From the NCBI RefSeq assembly GCF_003231495.1, contig NZ_PQWO01000006.1, forward strand, positions 30,001 through 62,000: a DNA stretch of 32,000 nucleotides, read 5' to 3'. The notes beneath the pieces are model-generated. The model did not search any database and was not told the origin of the DNA. It saw only the letters and a program-made list of their open reading frames with translations. Each line of letters starts with the position of its first letter. Position 1 is the first letter of the stretch. The position numbers and the translations under genes were made by a program. This document shows, piece after piece, positions 17,701 through 25,250 of this stretch. This DNA comes from Acaryochloris thomasi RCC1774 (GTDB taxonomy: Bacteria; Cyanobacteriota; Cyanobacteriia; Thermosynechococcales; Thermosynechococcaceae).

Positions 17701-20700
17701 GTCTTTATCCCTGATCAATGTGCGTATCAGCTAGAGATTTTCAGTCTAGGTATTGGGGAAGAAACATCCCCCGTGCTTCGTCATGCAACGGGCCGTATTC
17801 ATAGCAAGAAAAGCAGCACGGCTACCCAAGATATTGAAGTATTACAGGCACTACCGCTTTCCCCGATTGAAGTTGGAGACCATTATCATGATCTCCAAAA
17901 ACGGGGACTGAATTATGGTCCTTGTTTTCGGGGTATTCAAAAACTGTGGGCAGAAGAGGGACAGGCCCTAAGCCAGATTGCTTTACCGGAAGGCGTGACA
18001 GATGAAGATCGTTACCAAATTCACCCTGCTTTACTAGATGCCTGCTTGCAGACGCTGGGAGCGGTGTTTACGGAAAGCGAAACGTACTTGCCTGTGGGTT
18101 GCGATCGCATCCATCTCTATCATCCCCCCGGTAAAGACATCTGGTGCCACGCCCTGCTTCAACCCGGTGAGGACTCTGCCGCGTTCCGAAAGGCTAACCT
18201 ACAGTTGATGGACGATGCAGGCGCGATCTTCGCGGAACTGATTGACTTCAAGCTCCAGGCCGTCAGCCCTGCTGTATTACGACGATTGGTGAAGCAGGCA
18301 GACCCGCTCGACCACTGGCTCTATGAACCGATTTGGCAACTGCAGCCCCTCGCAGAAGTTACCGAACAGTCTGAGCCTCATCAATGGTTGATTTTTGCAG
18401 ATCGACAGGGATATGCAAAGCAAATTGCCCATCACCTAGAGGAAAAAGGCGATCTCTGTACTTTTGTTTATCTCTCTTCTAGTGCATCAATATCGCCAGC
18501 TGGCTATACCGTTGATCCTGCTCAGCCCCAAGACTTTCTGCAACTCTGGCAAGAGTTACTCCAAAAAGAGCAGCGTCCTGACCAAATTCTCCATCTATGG
18601 AGTTTAGATAGTGGTGATTTAGAGCAGGTTGCAGATGACCTTCAACAGAATCAGCTGCAAAGCTGTGGATCTGTTTTGCATTGGGTGCAGGCGATCGCAT
18701 CTGAGACCTCGCCACCTAAGCTATGGCTGATGACTGCTGGGGCACAGGCGATCACTGACCAACTGGAAGCCCCCCAACAGGCACCGTTATGGGGGCTAGG
18801 TCGGGTGATTCGTCTAGAGCAGTCAGGGATGAACTGTGTCTGTGTGGACTTGGATGCTGAGCCGTCGGAGGAGACTTTAGAGGCTCTCGTTCAAAATTTG
18901 CGACAGCCCGACGATGAGAATCAGGTGGCGTTTCGAGGTTGCGATCGCTACGGTGCCCGCCTCGTCCCCAGAACCTCCAAGACTGTCTCCCAGCGTCCAG
19001 ACGGAGCCTTTCGACTGGGGCTGACAGAATATGGAGTTTTAGATCATCTCTCTTTACTGCCTGCGGAGCGTCATCCCTTGGCATCCTCTGATGTTGAAAT
19101 TGAGGTGTGTGCTTCTGGAATTAACTTCCGCGATGTCCTCAACGCCCTCGGAATGCTGAAGCCCACCCTTGAAAAAATGGGTTTTGCCCAAGCAACAGAG
19201 GTTCCTTTCGGTGGAGAGTGTTCTGGAAAAGTTATCGCAGTGGGTTCTGAAGTTGAAAATCTGAAGATTGGTGATCAGGTCATTGCGGCTCAGGCCGTTG
19301 GCAGCTTGGGGCAATTCGTCACCGTCGATGCCCGGTTTGTGATCCCCAAACCAGAAAAAATTAGCTTTGCCGAAGCCGCGACCCTTCCCACCACCTTTTT
19401 GACCGCTTACTACGGTCTTTGTCACTTGGCTGGGATTAAGAAGGGAGAGCGCATCCTCATTCACTCTGCAGCAGGCGGCGTGGGTCAAGCTGCCGTTCAA
19501 CTTGCTCAGCAAGTCGGGGCCGAAATCTACGCCACCGCCAGTCCCGGCAAATGGCAGTTCCTCAAAGAGACGGGCATTCAGCATGTCATGAACTCCCGCA
19601 CCCTAGCATTTGCCGATCAGCTCATGGAACTCACCAACGGGAAGGGGGTTGATATTGTCTTCAATAGCCTCAACGGAGACTTTATTCCCAAAAGTATAGA
19701 GACCCTGGCCCCCCAAGGCCGCTTTGTTGAAATTGGCAAAATCGGCATTTGGAATGCTGAGCAAGTGACCCAACTCCGCTCAGATGCAAGCTATTATCCC
19801 TTTGATTTACTCGAAGTCTCTCAGCAAGATCCGGTCCTCATCGCCACGATGCTGACCCAGTTGCTGAGTCAGTTTGAAGCGGGTTCTCTCACACCACTCC
19901 CACACAAAGTTTTCCCCATCGAAAAAGCAGCCGATGCCTTCCGCTACATGGCCCAGGCTAAACATATCGGTAAAGTCGTTGTCACCCTGGATGAACACAA
20001 TCCGCCTGGTATCCGAGCAGATGGAGCCTACTTGATTACAGGCGGGTTGGGCGGGTTGGGGCTAGAAGTGGCTCACTGGCTCGTCGAGCAGGGGGCAAAG
20101 CATTTGGTGTTGGTCAGTCGGAGATCGCCTGCCCCCAAAGCACAGGAGCAGATTCAAGCCATAGAGAAAACCGGAGTGCAGGTCCAAGTGGTGCAAGCTG
20201 ATATCTCGCGGCGAGAAGACGTTACTCGATTGCTAGCTCCGTATGATTATGCGGCTGCACCTGCGCCATTTGATAGCTCAAACGTTGCACTGGCCCCCCT
20301 AGCCCCCCAATCCTGGGGGAAAAGAAGACAAAAGCTCGATATCTCCCGAGAATTAAAAAATCGAGAGAGTCGAGACGTTACGAAGCAGCCTCAATCAGAT
20401 ATCCATCAAGAGACATCCCCATCTTCAGGTACTCTCCCCCCAGAATTGGGGGGCTGGGGGGGGCAACGCAGCACCAAACAGTCCAAGTCCAATCGTTCCC
20501 TAGACAATAAACCACTCCTAAAAGGAATCTTCCACGCCGCAGGTACCCTAGATGACGGAATGCTCCAAACCCTAAACTGGGAGCAGTTCTCCACTGTAGC
20601 AGCCCCAAAAATCATGGGAACCTGGCATCTCCATGAGTTTACTCAAAATCTAGAACTCGATCACTTCGTTTGCTTCTCTTCAATGACATCGCTGCTTGGC

Positions 20701-22683
20701 TCCCCCGGCCAGGGCAACTACGCCGCCGCCAACGCTTTTATGGATGCCTTGATGTACCTGCGCCACGCCCAGGGACTTCCTGGGCTCAGCATCAACTGGG
20801 GACCGTGGGGCAAGGCCGGTATGGCCGCGCAGCTTTCCGCCATTGATCAGCAGCGCATGACCGATCAGGGTATTGAAGCGATTCTGCCGGACCAAGGGCT
20901 ACAGATTTTAGAGGGGCTGTTAACCCAGACATCCGCTCAGATCGGCGTGCTACCGATTGATTGGTCGAAGTTTATTCCTCAATTGCCAGAGGCGGCGGCG
21001 GTACCGTTTTTAGAGCAAGTTCGCCCGACGCTGGAACAGAAAGGACCATCGGAGCTGATGCAGCAGTTGATGGGGGCTGAGAGTTGCGATCGCATCTCCA
21101 CCATCCAAAACCACCTTCGCAGCCAGTTAGCTAAAGTCCTTGGCTACAGCTCCATGGACCTGATCGAACCCCAAGATAATTTTGCTGACCTCGGCATGGA
21201 CTCCCTGATGGCGGTCGAGTTCAACAACCGACTCCAGGCCAGCTTCAACCGCACCATTTCTCAAACGACCCTCTTTGATTACCCCACGGTCGAGTCCCTC
21301 GCAGACTATCTCAATCAAGATCTGTTGCTTGGGGATAATGTTCAGGCTCTGTCCGAAACGTCGCTCCCGACAGAATCTTCTGCTTTGACAGATACTGCAA
21401 AGGCTACGTCCGATATCATTCAGTCCTCAAAACCGGTCAAGACTGAGCCAGAACCCTCCCCCCATCTAGAAAATATCCCCCTACCTGATATCCCCGATCA
21501 GTTCTACCAGTTTCATAAATCCCCGGAATATCTCAATCTTCGGCAAGATTTAGATCGCGTTGAAGAACTAGGGAACCCGTTTTTTGAGGTCCATGAAGGG
21601 ACGGCCCGCGACAAAACCCAAATTGGAGGCCAAGAGCTGCTCAGCTATGCCAGCTATAACTACCTGGGCCTCTCAGGCGATCCCAGAATTATCGAAGCCA
21701 CAGAAGCCGCCATTCGCCAGTATGGAACATCAGTGTCAGCCAGCCGAGTCGTCGCTGGAGAACGCCCCATCCATCGGCAGCTAGAGCAAGAGATTGCTAA
21801 TTTTTTAGGCACTGGAGACAGCATTGTCTTTGTCGGGGGACACGCCACCAACGTCACCACCATCGGGCATTTATTCCGTGAAAAAGATCTGATTCTTTGT
21901 GATGCCCTGAGTCACAATAGCATCCGGGAGGGCTGTCAGCTTTCAGGGGCAACGGTGATTGAATTTCCGCACAACGATCGCAACGCTCTAGAGCAGCTTT
22001 TGCAAGACCATCGACAGTCCTATGAAAAGGTACTGATCGCCGTTGAGGGCGTCTACAGTACCGATGGCGACTTGGCTCCGTTACCCGAGATGGTGACCCT
22101 CAAGCAGAAGTTCAAAACCTTTTTGCTCGTGGATGAGGCTCACTCCATCGGCACCTTGGGCGCAACCGGACGCGGAGTCGGTGAACACTTCGGCATTGCA
22201 GCTGAAGATGTCGATCTATGGATGGGGACACTCAGTAAATCTTTCGCGAGCTGTGGCGGCTATATTGCAGGTCGCAAAGAGCTGGTGGAATATCTCAAGT
22301 ACACCTCTCCGGGCTTTGTGTTCAGTGTCGGCATATCCCCGGCGAATACAGCGGCAGCATTAAAAGCGATTCAGGTGTTAAAAGAGGAGCCCGAGCGGGT
22401 TGTGCAGCTCCGAGAGCGGTCGGCTCTATTTTTGCAGCTTGCTCAAGAGATGAAGTTGAATACAGGGGCAAGCCATGATTCTCCTGTGATTCCGATTATT
22501 GTAGGTGAACCCTATAGGGCGGTTCAGCTATCGCGGTTGCTCCTCCAATGCGGAATTAACGCACAACCGATGGTGTTCCCATCGGTGCCTTATAATTCTG
22601 CGCGGGTCAGGTTCTTTGTCACTTCTCTACACTCTGACGAGCAGATTGAAGCGACTGTGGTTGCGATCGCAAGTAGCCTCTAG
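14755..22683 (+). CDS. Type I PKS, module 2 with fused off-loading domain: KS, AT, DH, ER, KR, ACP, alpha-oxoamine synthase (AOS, PLP-dependent)
   Basis: An uninterrupted 2642-aa ORF with an in-frame TAG 9 nt upstream of the ATG. KS: DTACSSSLVA (Cys173), EAHGTGT, KTNIGHA. AT: FLFTGQGSQY, GHSVGE (Ser621), HAFH. DH: LSDHCLLDQVVLP, LLDACLQ. ER: LIHSAAGGVGQAAVQLAQ. KR: ITGGLGGLG, HAAGTLDDG, NYAAANA. ACP: LGMDSLM (Ser2150). AOS: YNYLGL, GGHATN, LVDEAHS, GTLSKSF (Lys2495). Confidence 0.95.
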   Translation: MTLDSIAIVGIGCKFPGAEGPQAFWKLLRDGVDAITDIPNSRWDADRFYDPDPGAPNKANTRWGGFLEGIDRFDPQFFGIAPREVASMDPQQRLLLEVTWEALEDAGQIPEHLRGSRTGVFIGVGTHDYSIMMWQDPVNDPYATTGTGNCIAANRISYVYDLKGPSLAIDTACSSSLVAVHLACQSIWTGESSQALAGGVNVLLLPTVTAGFSKGGFMAPDGRCKSFDAKADGYVRSEGAGIVLLKPLAQAQADGDPVYAVIKGSAVNQDGFSNGMAAPNPKAQAVVLRQAYQQAGVSPGQVQYVEAHGTGTKIGDPVEMEALGEVLVEGRSAGDECAIASVKTNIGHAETAAGIAGLIKAALCIKERKLPANLHFETPNPAIDFEHLPFYVQKTLTPWPTTAPALAGVNSFGFGGTNAHVVVAEAPGKTAAAPAALQAHHVFTCSAKNKAALNDLAQHYLNFLAQQSDLDLNDLCGTANLRRTSFSHRFAIAADSLTQLQDFLSDFLAGEDHSNIHKSIASQDLTLAFLFTGQGSQYEGMGQALYETQPVFRDVLDRCDKVLRSELEIPLLDVLYPSQKSEDSPLNQTAYTQPALFAIEYALYQLWQSWGIHPAAVTGHSVGEYVAACVAGVFSLEDGLRLIAARGRLMQVLPSGGAMVAVAASESQIKDLLPAAVTIAAINGPQSLVLSGEGDAIATLTQALIDAGFKTDVLQVSHAFHSALMEPMLDEFKQIAQQVTYHTPQIPLVSNLTGALVTDEIATPDYWCRHVREPVRFQAGMETLYQLGYRTFVEMGPKPILCGMGHNCLPRPENNWLPSLRLGHPAQLWRSVGQLYTLGASVDWSQLYPSYQYVHLPTYPFQRQRFWWDVAELPGMRLPKVGQGPSQPWSLNGHTSKAHPLLGARLHLAGSAEIRFQALISAESPAYLSDHCLLDQVVLPATAYIEMALAAARQLYDHDALILESFTIEQPLLLTEACTLQCVFIPDQCAYQLEIFSLGIGEETSPVLRHATGRIHSKKSSTATQDIEVLQALPLSPIEVGDHYHDLQKRGLNYGPCFRGIQKLWAEEGQALSQIALPEGVTDEDRYQIHPALLDACLQTLGAVFTESETYLPVGCDRIHLYHPPGKDIWCHALLQPGEDSAAFRKANLQLMDDAGAIFAELIDFKLQAVSPAVLRRLVKQADPLDHWLYEPIWQLQPLAEVTEQSEPHQWLIFADRQGYAKQIAHHLEEKGDLCTFVYLSSSASISPAGYTVDPAQPQDFLQLWQELLQKEQRPDQILHLWSLDSGDLEQVADDLQQNQLQSCGSVLHWVQAIASETSPPKLWLMTAGAQAITDQLEAPQQAPLWGLGRVIRLEQSGMNCVCVDLDAEPSEETLEALVQNLRQPDDENQVAFRGCDRYGARLVPRTSKTVSQRPDGAFRLGLTEYGVLDHLSLLPAERHPLASSDVEIEVCASGINFRDVLNALGMLKPTLEKMGFAQATEVPFGGECSGKVIAVGSEVENLKIGDQVIAAQAVGSLGQFVTVDARFVIPKPEKISFAEAATLPTTFLTAYYGLCHLAGIKKGERILIHSAAGGVGQAAVQLAQQVGAEIYATASPGKWQFLKETGIQHVMNSRTLAFADQLMELTNGKGVDIVFNSLNGDFIPKSIETLAPQGRFVEIGKIGIWNAEQVTQLRSDASYYPFDLLEVSQQDPVLIATMLTQLLSQFEAGSLTPLPHKVFPIEKAADAFRYMAQAKHIGKVVVTLDEHNPPGIRADGAYLITGGLGGLGLEVAHWLVEQGAKHLVLVSRRSPAPKAQEQIQAIEKTGVQVQVVQADISRREDVTRLLAPYDYAAAPAPFDSSNVALAPLAPQSWGKRRQKLDISRELKNRESRDVTKQPQSDIHQETSPSSGTLPPELGGWGGQRSTKQSKSNRSLDNKPLLKGIFHAAGTLDDGMLQTLNWEQFSTVAAPKIMGTWHLHEFTQNLELDHFVCFSSMTSLLGSPGQGNYAAANAFMDALMYLRHAQGLPGLSINWGPWGKAGMAAQLSAIDQQRMTDQGIEAILPDQGLQILEGLLTQTSAQIGVLPIDWSKFIPQLPEAAAVPFLEQVRPTLEQKGPSELMQQLMGAESCDRISTIQNHLRSQLAKVLGYSSMDLIEPQDNFADLGMDSLMAVEFNNRLQASFNRTISQTTLFDYPTVESLADYLNQDLLLGDNVQALSETSLPTESSALTDTAKATSDIIQSSKPVKTEPEPSPHLENIPLPDIPDQFYQFHKSPEYLNLRQDLDRVEELGNPFFEVHEGTARDKTQIGGQELLSYASYNYLGLSGDPRIIEATEAAIRQYGTSVSASRVVAGERPIHRQLEQEIANFLGTGDSIVFVGGHATNVTTIGHLFREKDLILCDALSHNSIREGCQLSGATVIEFPHNDRNALEQLLQDHRQSYEKVLIAVEGVYSTDGDLAPLPEMVTLKQKFKTFLLVDEAHSIGTLGATGRGVGEHFGIAAEDVDLWMGTLSKSFASCGGYIAGRKELVEYLKYTSPGFVFSVGISPANTAAALKAIQVLKEEPERVVQLRERSALFLQLAQEMKLNTGASHDSPVIPIIVGEPYRAVQLSRLLLQCGINAQPMVFPSVPYNSARVRFFVTSLHSDEQIEATVVAIASSL
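14770..16032 (+). other. PKS2 domain: ketosynthase (KS)
   Basis: It starts at residue 6 (IAIVGIGCKFPGA). Cys173 is encoded at 15271-15273 and the domain ends at GGTNAHVVVAE. Confidence 0.9.
16330..17169 (+). other. PKS2 domain: acyltransferase (AT), malonyl-type HAFH motif
   Basis: It has FLFTGQGSQY, GHSVGE (Ser621 at 16615-16617) and VSHAFHS. Confidence 0.85.
17443..18270 (+). other. PKS2 domain: dehydratase (DH)
   Basis: It has HPLLGARL, His931 at 17545-17547 in LSDHCLLDQVVLPATAY, YGPCFRG and LLDACLQ. Confidence 0.8.
19033..19989 (+). other. PKS2 domain: enoylreductase (ER)
   Basis: It has DVEIEVCASGINFRDV, LIHSAAGGVGQAAVQLAQ, and ends at KHIGKVVVTL. Confidence 0.85.
20023..20829 (+). 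other. PKS2 domain: ketoreductase (KR), B-type, interrupted by a long hydrophilic insertion
   Basis: It has YLITGGLGGLG, HAAGTLDDG and GNYAAANA (Tyr1989 at 20719-20721). There are 100 residues between the LL of DVTRLL and HAAG, against 38 in PKS1 and about 15-20 in the typical KRs I recall. Confidence 0.8.
20283..20468. repeat. G/C-run inverted-repeat element (MITE-like or palindromic) lying in frame inside the PKS2 KR domain
   Basis: The left core AGCCCCCCAATCCTGGGGG (20301-20319) compares with the reverse complement of 20436-20455, AGCCCCCCAATTCTGGGGGG; they differ at one position and by one extra terminal G. Complementarity continues imperfectly through C6-C8 runs and CGTTG out to 20283 and 20468. 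The arms flank 116 bp of A-rich sequence. Confidence 0.6.
21103..21318 (+). other. PKS2 domain: ACP
   Basis: The sequence is NFADLGMDSLMAVEFNNRL, with Ser2150 encoded at 21202-21204. Confidence 0.85.
21499..22680 (+). other. PKS2 domain: alpha-oxoamine synthase (class II aminotransferase fold; BioF/KBL/SPT/CqsA family)
   Basis: It has SYASYNYLGLSGDP, VGGHATNVTTIG, DALSHNSIREG, LLVDEAHSIG and MGTLSKSFASCGGY, with the PLP Lys2495 encoded at 22237-22239. A linker of about 60 aa rich in Ser/Thr/Pro/Glu joins it to the ACP. Confidence 0.85.
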
Positions 22684-22752
22684 ATTCCTAACCCATGATT
22701 ATGCTCGTACCTCCAGCAGTGAATGCTGATGAATTGCGGACGTTTTGCGACA

Positions 22753-23109
22753 TCAAGTCCCAATATCGACCCAAACACTCCCGTCTTCAATGCGGGTCGG
22801 GAAAACCGCCAGCGCCGTCTCCGACTTTATTTTGCCGAACAGCTTACCCACCCCCGGCGGGAAAGGACACCAGTCCTGCACGGCCCCTGTCTTTAGGTCG
22901 AACACGCTGCGATGGAAAGGGCAAACGATAGTGCCATCAACAACCTTGCCCTTCGACATCGGTGCCTTGATGTGGGGACAAGAATTCTCCACAGCATAGA
23001 TTTCGCCCTGATGATTCAGGAGCACAACCTTTTTCTGGCTGATCTTAACGACCTGTCTCGCTCCTTCTTGAGCGAGTTCATTCTGCGATACGGCTTTTTC
23101 CCAGCTCAT
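22753..23109 (-). CDS. Small Rieske [2Fe-2S] domain protein (ferredoxin/NirD-like, 118 aa)
   Basis: It has CPH, 16 residues, then CPFH (CPHIKAPMSKGKVVDGTIVCPFH), which is the Rieske cluster-binding signature. A GGAG Shine-Dalgarno sequence lies a few nt upstream of the ATG at 23109. Confidence 0.85.
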   Translation of the reverse strand: MSWEKAVSQNELAQEGARQVVKISQKKVVLLNHQGEIYAVENSCPHIKAPMSKGKVVDGTIVCPFHRSVFDLKTGAVQDWCPFPPGVGKLFGKIKSETALAVFPTRIEDGSVWVDIGT

Positions 23110-23368
23110 AAGTCTCCTCTATCCTCTAGGTAACGGTTTACCTCTTGTCAGTCCACTGTTCTCACCGTTTACAAGCAAAAGCCATGATTACAGAGAGAAA
23201 GTGGATTTCTTACTCATTATTCAAAACTCTGTCAAACTTAGCGCGAATAGTTGCCATTCTTAAAGATGGTCAAATATCTGCCCGCCACCTCGCACTCGTC
23301 AGAACCCTAGCTTTTTGATAGGTTAGGGTACGGGGAAACCGAATTGTACTAACAGCTCATACGTTTTT

Positions 23369-24082
23369 ATGGACGCATCAGCGACATCAGTGGAACATCC
23401 AGATATTGCTGAGCTAGAATCTCAGCTCACCACCGGCTCTGAAAAGACACAGCTCCCAGTGATGGCGCAGCTCCAAGCTGCAGGTGCTGACGGATGTCAG
23501 GTTTTGCAACGTTTTCTCCTCAACCGTCGTCAAGATGTAGCCACCTTTATCGATGGACGCGGTTACGAACTCCTTCTGCAGACAGAGACCGACGAGACCC
23601 AAACCTTTCTACAGGAGAACTTTCCCGCCGGGGTCGTAGCTCTCAACTCTGAGGTGGGAGCTGACTACCTGCCGCTTCAAAAGCTTTTAGCCCGCCAACA
23701 GTTTGAAGAAGCCGATCGCCTCACCTTGCACAAGCTCTGCGAATTAGAGGGGCCAGTTGCCGTTAAGCGTAAATGGATTTACTTTACGCAAATTGAGCAG
23801 TTTCCCATCTCTGACTTACAGACGATGGATCGGCTGTGGTTTGTTCACTCAGAGGGCAAGTTTGGTTTCTCAGTCCAGCGTCAGCTCTGGCTCTCATTGG
23901 GTCGCAACTGGGAAGCGCTCTGGTCCAAAATTGACTGGCGCACTGGACGCGACTGGACGCGCTATCCTGATGGCTTCACCTGGGACTTAACGGCTCCCAA
24001 GGGGCATCTACCGCTGTCCAATCAGCTACGCGGTGTCCAGGTCATGAACGCACTTCTCAACCATCCGGCATGGAAAAGCTAA
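23369..24082 (+). CDS. gun4: GUN4-domain protein (Mg-chelatase activator / porphyrin-binding)
   Basis: The C-terminal region MDRLWFVHSEGKFGFSVQRQLWLSLG...WDLTAPKGHLPL matches the GUN4 domain as in Synechocystis Gun4. At 237 aa it has the usual cyanobacterial size. Confidence 0.85.
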   Translation: MDASATSVEHPDIAELESQLTTGSEKTQLPVMAQLQAAGADGCQVLQRFLLNRRQDVATFIDGRGYELLLQTETDETQTFLQENFPAGVVALNSEVGADYLPLQKLLARQQFEEADRLTLHKLCELEGPVAVKRKWIYFTQIEQFPISDLQTMDRLWFVHSEGKFGFSVQRQLWLSLGRNWEALWSKIDWRTGRDWTRYPDGFTWDLTAPKGHLPLSNQLRGVQVMNALLNHPAWKS

Positions 24083-24221
24083 AGACAGGCTATGACTCAG
24101 CCAATGAGACTCAGCTACTCTTTCTTAGATCGTTTAGTGCCCATTTCGGTTTTCGCTGACCAAATCAGATAAAGGGTCAAGACTCCCACAAAGGCTAAAA
24201 TCTGCACTATGCTTGCGGTGT

Positions 24222-25214
24222 TCATTGAATGCTGGCTTCCTCTGACTGGATAGTACTTGTCACTTCATGGAAGTGGGTAAAGTCAACGTAGCGATGCCCA
24301 TCTTCGGAGTCATAGAAAATATCCACAAAAGCCTGATTCCACAGGATCTCATCCACGCTGTATGTGTGGCGGGCATGGAGTGCTTGGGCCACGGTCTCAT
24401 CGACGCCCGTTAAGGCCACCAGCAGTACCGCCTTTGTCTGCCGCAGTGATTCTAACGTCGCCCCCCGCAGGGGACTATGCTCATTGATGGGATGCATGGC
24501 CGTCCAGGGCAGGTTAAAGCTGGGTGTATGATCTCTCAACAAGGGCAGGGTATAGATGTGTCTGATGGCCGTTCCTTCAATACTGATTTCGTCTCGCAGA
24601 AAATACATCTGCAGCTTTGCCTCTAAGATCTTATTGCGTCTCTGGTTGGCGGCGCGAATCATCAAAGTCGGGACACCATTGTAGGGCGTGATCACAGCAA
24701 AGTCAGAGAACATCACGCGAACGCTGGGGAGTGAAAAGCGAGCAAAAGCAAGTCCTGTTACTAATGCCGTGAACAGGATGCTCGTCAACGCCTCCAAGGT
24801 CACGAGGAAGTGAGCATAGGGGGTGATCGGATGCATCGCCCCGTAGCCAATTGCGCCTAAGGTCTGGACGCTGAAGAAAAACGCATCCCAAAAAGAACCG
24901 GGACTGGCGTTGGCAATGCCGTTTCCCCCCAGTAAATAGGCGACCGCGAATAACGTATTAATCAAGCCATAGACAAGGGTGGCGATTAAGATGAACCCAG
25001 CCCAGGGAATCGTGATCAGAAAATAATAAGGTTCCTGCCAGTGTGCGAGCCAATCGTCTAGTCCTGAGACTTGGAAGGAGCCATTTTGAAACGCCACCTG
25101 AATCTTCGGCGATTGCTTCTGAGAACGGCTGGTTTGTAAGCGTTGCTGAGCAGTCGGTTTCCGAAAGAAGAACTTCACTAACGACCTTCGTAACACTATG
25201 CTCTCCAATCCCAA
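24222..25214 (-). CDS. Inward-rectifier-type potassium channel (KirBac family)
   Basis: It has two TM helices flanking a pore loop with the selectivity filter FFFSVQTLGAIGYGAMHP (compare KirBac SVETLATVGYGDMHP). A cytoplasmic beta-rich C-terminal domain follows. There is no in-frame ATG near the N-terminus: TTG at 25214 or 25208, or GTG at 25196 or 25178, are the possible starts, so the start is uncertain. Confidence 0.85.
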   Translation of the reverse strand: MGLESIVLRRSLVKFFFRKPTAQQRLQTSRSQKQSPKIQVAFQNGSFQVSGLDDWLAHWQEPYYFLITIPWAGFILIATLVYGLINTLFAVAYLLGGNGIANASPGSFWDAFFFSVQTLGAIGYGAMHPITPYAHFLVTLEALTSILFTALVTGLAFARFSLPSVRVMFSDFAVITPYNGVPTLMIRAANQRRNKILEAKLQMYFLRDEISIEGTAIRHIYTLPLLRDHTPSFNLPWTAMHPINEHSPLRGATLESLRQTKAVLLVALTGVDETVAQALHARHTYSVDEILWNQAFVDIFYDSEDGHRYVDFTHFHEVTSTIQSEEASIQ

Positions 25215-25250
25215 TACTGTTTTGGTTATAGCAGCCCTTCTGAGTGCTTA

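Noticed and set aside
19054-19584. Numerous 60-176-aa ORFs inside or antisense to the two PKS genes (for example 8723-9187, 9604-9993, 15391-15798, 16563-16883, 17024-17410, 19054-19584).
   Set aside because: All are embedded in the uninterrupted PKS reading frames, whose domain motifs are unambiguous. Their translations are low-complexity (Arg/Pro/Ser/Gly-rich). There is no independent support for any of them.
23130-23141. A GTAACGGTTTAC NtcA-like sequence upstream of the Rieske and gun4 genes.
   Set aside because: The spacing is GTA-N6-TAC rather than N8, so it does not fit the NtcA consensus.
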